IMG/VR virus record: IMGVR_UViG_3300022932_000014
Coordinates: 1 to 29,637 of that record
DNA: 29,637 nucleotides
Strand: one strand, 5' to 3'
Source: a virus
Shown: piece after piece, positions 7,730 to 15,700 of the stretch
Layout: each line of letters opens with the position of its first letter
Position numbering within the stretch: position 1 is the stretch's first letter
Notes under the pieces: model-generated
Seen by the model: the letters and a program-made list of their open reading frames with translations, nothing else
What the model was told of the DNA's origin: nothing
The model's database searches: none
Position numbers and translations under genes: made by a program

Positions 7730-10294
7730 TTATGAAAATCTTTTATTTTTAGTTCTTTTTAACTGTGGGGTTTCGTGTATTACTTTACCTTTGAATTGAT
7801 ACTCTTGATTAGGATACATCATTTGTTGATTTCCATATTCATCTACACCCAAAATAGGGTAATTGACATTTTTCATCGTAATTAATCCTGAATCAGTTGG
7901 GACAATAACTTCTTGTTGAGGATAATCATAAACACCATTCGGGCTTATAGGAATATTCCCACCATTTTGTGCGTAAACAGCACTAGTTTCTTGGTTGTTT
8001 TGAGCTATTGTATTTATGGCTTTTACTATTTTATCATCATCATAAGCCTTGTAAAATATCTCTTCATCTAGGCCTTTTTCTTTGACCATTTGTTGAAGTT
8101 GTTTTATATCTACTTTTTGTCCTGGTTTTAAACCTAAGTTTTGTCTAAACATGTGAAAATTACCATATGTTTCTTCAGGATGTGATAAGTACTCTCTATC
8201 TCTTTTAAATGTCCCTTTCTGTTGGTTATTTACATCTCCTAAAACTCTTTGTAGCGCTGGTGCAACTACAGCATCTATATTGGAGGCATGGCTAAGTTCA
8301 TGACCTAAAACACTTCTCATATTAGGCGCTTTAGAATATGGAGTGGATTCTCTTTGTCTTTGATATAGTATCTCTCCTGTTTTTTCATTTGTACCTCTAT
8401 TACTAGTTTGCTGAAAATATGGACTAGTATACAAAGCGTCTGCTCCTATTTTAGACAAGTATCCAATATCTTCATTAGTTTCCGCCTCTCTTATTGGAGT
8501 TCTTAACCCTTTACCAATAAAATCTTGAAGCCTATTAGCATCTAAACCTGTGTTCTTAGAAAATTTTTCTTTAGTGGCTGGATCAGAATACCAATTAATA
8601 AAATCTTGAGAAGCTTGTTGCTCAACTAATTTATCTCTCTTTAGGGGTTTATCTGTAGGTTTTACTGTTCTTACATAATTTGTTTCTCCTTGGTTTAAGG
8701 AACTGTTTATTTTAATTACATCAGATAATTTTCTTTTATCGTTATTATCCTCTATTAAAACTTTAGGTATAATGTTAACCAGCCCTGTTTGTCCAAATAC
8801 TGATGACAGAGCTCCTCCATTTTGTCCATAAATTAAATTATTATCTTCATTTTGCGCTACATTATTCATTAAATATATAATAGCTTCGTCTGAATAAACA
8901 CTTTGTAATCTATCTTTAGTGGCAGATTTTTTAGTTCTTTTAAACATCTCTGGAGTAAAATCTTGCTTTCCTGCATCATAAACACCTTCTCTTTTAAGTA
9001 GGTATCTGAACGCATCTAAATCTGCTTTGTTTTCTCCTGGAATTAAATCATGTTCAGGGATATTTTTATCTTTTTTATGATAATTAGTAAGCCTTCTTAT
9101 ATCTGTCTTATTAAACCTGTCTTCTGGAAATAAACTAGTAGTGGCATGTGATCTCTCGTGAGTCTCTATTTCCTCAGATGTTGGTTGAGTTGCATTTGGA
9201 TAAACATCTCTATGAGTATCAATATTATATTTAGAATCTAATTGTATTTTCTTTGTAAATGGACTGTAATAACTGCCTCTTTCACCTTCTTCTTGTTTTT
9301 TACCTAATAATGACTGTATTACATTTGGTGCTGGTGGAGCTTTATATGGAAAAACTTCAGGGTTTGTTCCTACTAATCTTCTTTTTATTTCACCCTCAAC
9401 ATCTTCATAACCGCTATTTTTTAAACGTTCTCTATATTTAGGCGAGTTAAGGTATTCTAGAGTGAATTGCTTTGGTGTTATTGGATTAGCGTTATTCATA
9501 GGAAGATCATAAATACCTCCTCTTTGAAAGTATTGCTCTTGATTATAGATATCTTCTTGTTGTACTTGGTTAGGATCAACATACTGTACTTGGGAAGCTA
9601 CTAATAAATCTTGTATGAATCTTTGTTGATTAATTTGTTCTTGCTGTTTACTGTTTAACTCTTCTTTGGCCTTTTTTACGGCTTCTGTTTCATTTTCTGG
9701 CGCTAAGGTAGGTATATCTATAATGGAAACCAAATTACTTACTTCTGGTGTGTATGTAATAGGTATTTCATTAGTAGGTGGCGTATAACTGTCTATTGCT
9801 CTTTGTGCTGTTCCTTTTAAAAACTGTTGTTGGTCTAACTCTGTGAGGGAACTGCCTGATAATTTTTTATAAGTGTTTAATACTAAGTTTTGTCTTTTAG
9901 TATCAGCATGAAATTTTACTTTTGGCCTCTCATAATCATCTGATACAATTCTACCTGTATTATAAACACCTTGCGCTGTTCTTAACTTATCTCCTGCTTT
10001 TTTATGAGTATTATTTAATTCCCAATTTACAAAATCTAATTGGTTGTCTAAATCTGTCCAATTTGATCCGTATTTATTTTGTAAGGCCTCTAATCTTCCA
10101 CTGTGCCACTGCGCGATACCTTTTGATCCTTTTGTATCCGCTGTTCCTAATATAGTAGTATTCAGATTACTTTCTCTTATCAAATTACCCACAATACCTG
10201 CTGCTTGGTCAGGAGTCCATCCATAACTAAGCATTTTCTTATAGGCGTATTCTTCTTTGTTTTGTTGCTTTATTTTATCTTTTATTAGCACCAT
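7730..10294 (-). CDS. Virion protein: phage tail lysozyme (Phage_lysozyme2-like) + two HExxH zincin-like domains + small C-terminal domain
   Basis: N-terminal AAGIVGNLIRES...GIAQWHSGR...QLDFVNWEL...YERP. HERSH (9146-9160) and HELSH (8288-8302), each with a downstream Glu. TAATG overlap with the upstream gene. Confidence 0.8.
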   Translation of the reverse strand: MVLIKDKIKQQNKEEYAYKKMLSYGWTPDQAAGIVGNLIRESNLNTTILGTADTKGSKGIAQWHSGRLEALQNKYGSNWTDLDNQLDFVNWELNNTHKKAGDKLRTAQGVYNTGRIVSDDYERPKVKFHADTKRQNLVLNTYKKLSGSSLTELDQQQFLKGTAQRAIDSYTPPTNEIPITYTPEVSNLVSIIDIPTLAPENETEAVKKAKEELNSKQQEQINQQRFIQDLLVASQVQYVDPNQVQQEDIYNQEQYFQRGGIYDLPMNNANPITPKQFTLEYLNSPKYRERLKNSGYEDVEGEIKRRLVGTNPEVFPYKAPPAPNVIQSLLGKKQEEGERGSYYSPFTKKIQLDSKYNIDTHRDVYPNATQPTSEEIETHERSHATTSLFPEDRFNKTDIRRLTNYHKKDKNIPEHDLIPGENKADLDAFRYLLKREGVYDAGKQDFTPEMFKRTKKSATKDRLQSVYSDEAIIYLMNNVAQNEDNNLIYGQNGGALSSVFGQTGLVNIIPKVLIEDNNDKRKLSDVIKINSSLNQGETNYVRTVKPTDKPLKRDKLVEQQASQDFINWYSDPATKEKFSKNTGLDANRLQDFIGKGLRTPIREAETNEDIGYLSKIGADALYTSPYFQQTSNRGTNEKTGEILYQRQRESTPYSKAPNMRSVLGHELSHASNIDAVVAPALQRVLGDVNNQQKGTFKRDREYLSHPEETYGNFHMFRQNLGLKPGQKVDIKQLQQMVKEKGLDEEIFYKAYDDDKIVKAINTIAQNNQETSAVYAQNGGNIPISPNGVYDYPQQEVIVPTDSGLITMKNVNYPILGVDEYGNQQMMYPNQEYQFKGKVIHETPQLKRTKNKRFS

Positions 10295-11049
10295 TAGTCT
10301 GTTATTTCTACTTGATAATTTATTAAAGCTTCATATGTTTTTGGAGCTAATTTAGGTTTCCATATTTCGGCAACTTCTTTTATGTGTGTCTCTTTGGCTA
10401 CTTTGTAAGCCTGAAATGCTTCTTCAGGGGTGTTGAACATACCTAAGTGAATTAGTTTATTCTCTACTCTAATCTTAGCGTCAAATCTTCCGTTTCTTCT
10501 ACTTACACCTAAAGGTAGTTCCCCTCTGCAAGATTGCCTTTTTGTCAGTAGTTTATTTATCTCTAAAGGCACAAAACAGCAATTTTCAGGAGAATATATT
10601 TTATTTCCTTTTATAAGTACATCTTTATCTAAATGCCATCCTTCCATATGAGGTTTCCAATTTTCTTCATACCATTTTGCAAAGTTTTGGAAATTGTGCC
10701 ATTCTGAATTAACACTACATCCAATGTAAGTGGGATATTTTTTATGTAATTTATCATCATAGCTTCTCTGTAATGCAGACCCCCAAGATTTATAATACTT
10801 TGTCACTACACCATCTATAATAGACTTATAATCCCCCTCTCCCATATATCCAACTCCATAGACATTTTTTAAATATGGATTTTTAATTGAACCACTTTTA
10901 ATATTTGTATAAGTTCTATTATATAATATATACTTTTCGTTAACTATTATTGTGCAATTACGCGCACTGATATAATCAATTATTCTAACAGATTCACATT
11001 GGTTGGATATGTGAATTTCTCCAACCCTTTCTTTTTTCTTTGATTTCAT
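10294..11049 (-). CDS. Free-standing putative homing endonuclease (HNH-related domain + AP2-like C-terminus), copy 1
   Basis: VYGVGY...EWHNFQNFAKW...LDKDVLIKGNKIYSPENCCFVP..IN, followed by GVS...F.AKI...HLGMFNTPEEAFQAY (AP2-like). Confidence 0.75.
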   Translation of the reverse strand: MKSKKKERVGEIHISNQCESVRIIDYISARNCTIIVNEKYILYNRTYTNIKSGSIKNPYLKNVYGVGYMGEGDYKSIIDGVVTKYYKSWGSALQRSYDDKLHKKYPTYIGCSVNSEWHNFQNFAKWYEENWKPHMEGWHLDKDVLIKGNKIYSPENCCFVPLEINKLLTKRQSCRGELPLGVSRRNGRFDAKIRVENKLIHLGMFNTPEEAFQAYKVAKETHIKEVAEIWKPKLAPKTYEALINYQVEITD

Positions 11050-11065
11050 TTATAAATTATTTGTC

Positions 11066-11097
11066 CAAAGATATAATTTTATTTTGATATATGCAAC
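11066..11097 (-). promoter_or_regulatory. Bacteroidota-type promoter for endonuclease copy 1
   Basis: GTTG-N20-TATCTTTG, 16 nt upstream of ATG 11049. Confidence 0.75.
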
Positions 11098-12038
11098 TAT
11101 TGCTCTAAATTTACTTTTGAACTTAAAAGATTAATTGCATATCTAAGTCTTGTCTCTATTGACTGTTCTAACCTAATTGTGAATACATTGCTGCGGAGAG
11201 GTTCAAGAACATTCTTGCCACTAAATTTTACAATATCTGTATTAATTGTTTTATTTATTTGATTTTTATCCCAAATCCAAGTAGGCTGGTTAGCCTTATG
11301 AGAGAGCATCCTATTATAAAAATAATTAGTAGTATACTCACTTCCCACCTTCGTCACAAGTACTTCTTGATACGAACCATCTTTTGCGGTAATAGGATAT
11401 TTAGAAATAAATGATAATTGACCTGTATTTGGTACAAGTCTTAGTTCTCCTGAATTGGTAAACGGTGAGTAAATCCACATCTTATTAAAAGGCTTATCAT
11501 CTATTTGAGCTGAATCATAGGCATTGTGATACCTACTCACTTCCATTTCAAAACCAACTGTTTTTAACAGTATTTCTCCATATTCTCGTTTCAGCATGTA
11601 TTCAACTAAGAATGGATACTTTTTACCGTAAAATACTTGATAACTTCTATTAGTTAGTAAGTGTGACCACAATCCTAATTCTGTTGAGTCTGTACTTTGG
11701 TTTATTCCTGTTTGGAAATAATTTTGGTGAGGGATGTAATAGTTTGGAGTGTAACTGTAAAACCCTACCCACTTTTGCTCTATGGGAGAAAATGCGATCG
11801 TCCAGCTAACGTCTTCAAAATAGTTAGGATCTGTCACTGAAACAGGTGTTTTTACTTTTTCAATTGTTGGCTCAACGCTCTCAGTACAAGAACATACTGC
11901 ATTTCCATTTGGGAGTATTATTGTTTCACACCCATCATCGCATACAATATCATTTATAACTACTGTGCAGTTACAATATACTATTCCTTCTATTGTTTGT
12001 TGAGAGCATGTCTCATTTGGACAATTACATGTTGCCAT
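11097..12038 (-). CDS. C-terminal part of the tail stabilisation/muzzle protein, encoded as a separate ORF (313 aa)
   Basis: Start moved to ATG 12038 (MATCNCPNETC), 2 nt after the endonuclease stop. FEDVSWTIAFS...WVGFYSYTPNYY...LWSH...FYGKKYPFLVEY matches what I recall following the GYD...ITKKDY block in crAss-like muzzle proteins. Confidence 0.7.
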   Translation of the reverse strand: MATCNCPNETCSQQTIEGIVYCNCTVVINDIVCDDGCETIILPNGNAVCSCTESVEPTIEKVKTPVSVTDPNYFEDVSWTIAFSPIEQKWVGFYSYTPNYYIPHQNYFQTGINQSTDSTELGLWSHLLTNRSYQVFYGKKYPFLVEYMLKREYGEILLKTVGFEMEVSRYHNAYDSAQIDDKPFNKMWIYSPFTNSGELRLVPNTGQLSFISKYPITAKDGSYQEVLVTKVGSEYTTNYFYNRMLSHKANQPTWIWDKNQINKTINTDIVKFSGKNVLEPLRSNVFTIRLEQSIETRLRYAINLLSSKVNLEQ

Positions 12039-12040
12039 AG

Positions 12041-12625
12041 TTAATCGGTTATTTCTACTTGGTAGTTTATTAATGCTGAATAGCATGCTTCTGTAATCTT
12101 ACTGCGCCATTTATATGCAATCTCTTTAATATAAATTTCTTTGGCGATCTTGTATACTTGGAAAGCTTCTTCAGGAGTATTAAATATTCCTAAATGATCT
12201 CTATCTTTACCAAATCTGGCTCTAAATTTTTTACCTGATTTTGTAACACCTATTGGATATTTTCCTCTTGATTTTCCGCTTTTTATAAATAAACTATTAA
12301 TTTCAAGTGGAACTAGACAACATGCTTCGGGAGAGTAAATTCTATTACCTTTTATTAAAATATCTTTATCTAAAGCCCAACCCAACATTTTTTCAACTGT
12401 ATACCTTTTTTCAAACCATTTTGCGAAGTTTTGAAAATTGTGCCATTCTTGATGTACTTCACATTTAATATAAGAAGGTTTCGTTTTATGGTATTTGGGG
12501 TCATAACACCTTTGTAACATACTTTGCCATATCTTGTAAGACTTATTAGAACTAATATACTTACCTATCCCTCTATATCCAACACCATATACAGAAGGTT
12601 TTAATCTGTGATCAATCTCAATCAT
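12041..12625 (-). CDS. Free-standing putative homing endonuclease (HNH-related + AP2-like), copy 2
   Basis: WQSMLQRCY...EWHNFQNFAKW...LDKDILIKGNRIYSPEACCLVP..IN...HLGIFNTPEEAF. Ends in ALINYQVEITD exactly like copy 1. Confidence 0.75.
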   Translation of the reverse strand: MIEIDHRLKPSVYGVGYRGIGKYISSNKSYKIWQSMLQRCYDPKYHKTKPSYIKCEVHQEWHNFQNFAKWFEKRYTVEKMLGWALDKDILIKGNRIYSPEACCLVPLEINSLFIKSGKSRGKYPIGVTKSGKKFRARFGKDRDHLGIFNTPEEAFQVYKIAKEIYIKEIAYKWRSKITEACYSALINYQVEITD

Positions 12626-12640
12626 TTTATTTTTAATTTT

Positions 12641-12700
12641 TTACAAATATAGTAATAATATTGTTAATACACAAATTTCACTCAGACAATTACAAACCAT
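12641..12700 (-). pseudogene. Relic 5' end of the muzzle-C gene (19-aa mini-ORF MVCNCLSEICVLTILLLYL)
   Basis: ATG GTT TGT AAT TGT CTG AGT GAA ATT TGT versus ATG GCA ACA TGT AAT TGT CCA AAT GAG ACA TGC at 12038; both give CNCxxExC. It begins 11 nt after the muzzle-N stop behind an A-rich leader. Confidence 0.6.
12644..12675 (-). promoter_or_regulatory. Bacteroidota-type promoter for endonuclease copy 2
   Basis: TTTG-N20-TATATTTG, full consensus, 18 nt upstream of ATG 12625. Confidence 0.8.
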
Positions 12701-12711
12701 ATTTAATTTTT

Positions 12712-15700
12712 TTAAGGTATTATAGTCCATCCTTTAGCTAAAAGTAATGTTTCTGTATTTGTTCCTGTAATACCTAGTGCAGGTATATTACTTGATGCTT
12801 CTAGTATTCCATTATTTCCAGCTAACGCTATCCAACTTGTTTCCGTGTTCCAAGATGTAACAGTAATTTTATTATTATTTAAATACAATCGCTGAAGGCT
12901 ATTTGGTAAAGCTAAACTTGGATTAAATATTACAATATCATTAGCATTTAAGAATAGTTGCTGAAGGCTACTTGGTAAAGGAATTGTGGGATTAAATGTG
13001 ACAATCTCATTAACTTGTAATCCTAAATCTAATAGCCCACTTGGTAAAGCTAAACTTGGATTAAATATTACAATATCATTAGTAGCCAGATTTAAATTTT
13101 TTAAACTAGTTGGCAAAGGAATTGTAGGATTGAAAGTTACGATTTTATTAGCTTGTAAATTCAAAGTTTCAAGTCCATTCGGTAAAGGGGTTGTAGGGTT
13201 GAATGTGACAATATCATTACTAACTAAATTTAAATTTTTTAAACTAGTTGGCAAAGGAATTGCAGGATTGAAAGTTACTATATTATTATTTTGTAAACTT
13301 AAATTTAACAACCCATTTGATAAAGCTTCAATAGGGTCAAAAACTACAATAGAATTAGTAACAAAATTTAAACCTGTAAGACTTGGTATTTTTACAATGT
13401 TAACCGTAGTTACATTTTTACTGTCTATTATTAAACTTGTCATATTAGTATTAACTCTAAATCTCACTCTTCCTCCAACTAAAGAGAAATTTGTTATAGT
13501 TGCAAATGTTGTTCCAGATTGCGTTAAGAAAAATGATTCCCAAGCACTCACTGTAGACAATGTTCCCCAATTTGTTGAAACAACATCAAAATTTATTGCG
13601 GGCGGTTGAACTGTCACTGTAACAACTGTCGTAATTGAAATACATCCATCAATTGTAGGTGTAATCGTATAAACGGCTGTTCCCGAAGTAATTCCATCAT
13701 TAATTAATAAGTCAGTTATTGATGTTCCTGATCCGCTTGTTGCTCCTGTAACTCCACTTTGAACTACTGTCCATGTGAAAAGTGCTCCTGGATCTCCACT
13801 TAAAGTGATGTTTGTTGTTTGGCCACTATTTATGTTTTGAGAAGGCGGTGTTGCAACTACTGTAGCTTCACAATCACAATCTGCTGGTACTGTTGTTGAA
13901 AGTGTACAGGTCTGTGTATCTTCATCATAAATATAACCATCTGGGCACAAAGTCCCTGATAATGTTGTTTTTTCACATAACTCTGTTATTGGATTATATT
14001 CGTACCCTATCGGACAAGTTATCTCACTTTCTCCACAATCTGTGTAAAAACCAATATTCTTGTCAAATTTTAGACATGGATCAACTTTAGGTATATAGTC
14101 TTTTTTAGTTATAAATACGCGTCTGAATCGACTATCGTAACCCATAGCTATACCAACTCCATTTATTGCATTATCTGTATCTAAATCGCTTATATTAGCT
14201 ATTTGAGATTTTAGTATTTTAAATGGAAGATGTTCTTTAAACCAATTTCTCATTCCACTTGGTTTACCATTTATAAGACTTGATATCTCGTTCATTCCTT
14301 GACCACCACTTGGGATCTCAATAACTTGGCCTCTTTTAGCATCTACGTGATAATGACCAAATTCACAACTTACAGATTCTGAACTTCCTGTTCCTCCAAA
14401 TCCAAGATCTGTTTCTGAATAGGTCATTGGTCTTCTTGCAAAAGCTGAAGATAAATTTCTTGAATCCGCTCTTTTACCATCATCTACGGCCACATCAATA
14501 GCATTGAATAGAGAAGTTGCATTTTCTTGTCTAATTAGAATTTGCTCTCTTTCAATTGTGCGGATATCTTTTAGTTTTCCATATTTACTATCAAACTCAT
14601 AAAAGTCTAGTGGTTTGTAATTTAAGTAAGGATCATTATAATTATTTTCACTGTTGTCTGGTTGCGACCACATTATACCATTAGGCTTATCATTTCTACA
14701 ATCGCTTTCTGACTGATCAAAATTATCTGACAAGGTTCTATATGCTGTAGTTGTTACAGGTTTAGAATATATTTGATTATAAAAGAAAAATTCTCCTTTT
14801 TTAATTGATACATTTTTTTCTTGTGTCCATTCAGATGTATCTCCTGTATTTGGATAAAAGTTTCTTTCTAATGTTGGTTCGGCGGTTCTATTCCAGGTAT
14901 TTATTCTAGTTTCAGTTAAGAAATTAGGAACTCCATAATAATATAGATAAAATTTGCTTGGTGGTCTATAGTAATTAGTTTGTTTAGTTTCACAATCAAA
15001 TTTTAAATCATAATCTATGTCTGGAAATAAAGCAGACTGTCTTCTGTAGTCTGTCATTACTTCATAATCTACATAAAATCTAGGTTCTCTCCCTATATTA
15101 GAATAAAATTTATAATTAAAGGGTGTTAAACTTGCTAAACCAAATGCTGTATCTGTAAACAACGGCATTTTTCTTTTAAGCGTATGTCTAGAAATAAAAG
15201 TGTCTCCTCCAAAAATAGATAAGCATGTTGTTTTAGGATTTTTCAAGTCTCCTCTGTATCCTGTTGACAACCATTTTATAGAATTAATTGTACCGTATTG
15301 TGAAGGTAAGTAGTTTTTTAAAGCCACATATGGATTGGCAACATTTTTCTTTATTACTTTACTTATTCCTGTAGTACAAGCATTATTTTGACTTGCTATA
15401 GTTAAAGACGAGGTATTTGTATCTATCTTATTGTTATCAAAAGATACATATTCTGTAGGATAATTTAGTGTATTAGAAACACCTAAAGTTAACAGAACAG
15501 ATTTTTCTCTATCTAAATTATTTATGCTTATTTTTTCTCCTGTGACATCATCTACTTGTGAAAAATTACCTTCTTTTAAATACTTTGCGGAATATAGAGA
15601 CCTGATTTGATTTCCATTTTCTTGTAATAATTGCATGTAATTATACTTAGCACTAGAATGAAAATATGAAGAAAAGTTTTCAGGTTGCCCTAAATCTCTA

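Noticed and set aside
11070-11096. Relic gene start upstream of endonuclease copy 1
   Set aside because: Only weak A-rich resemblance to the lysozyme gene start, with no ATG; not distinguishable from chance.
12039-12711. Group I intron or intein rejoining the muzzle halves
   Set aside because: Only 86 nt upstream and 2 nt downstream of the endonuclease are non-coding, too little for a ribozyme core. No intein terminal motifs are seen. RT-PCR is still worthwhile.
12860-13380. CRISPR array or DGR template/variable repeat
   Set aside because: The repeats are in-frame coding units without unique spacers. No reverse transcriptase or cas gene is in the window, and the single mismatch in the near-identical pairs is too little to suggest DGR mutagenesis.
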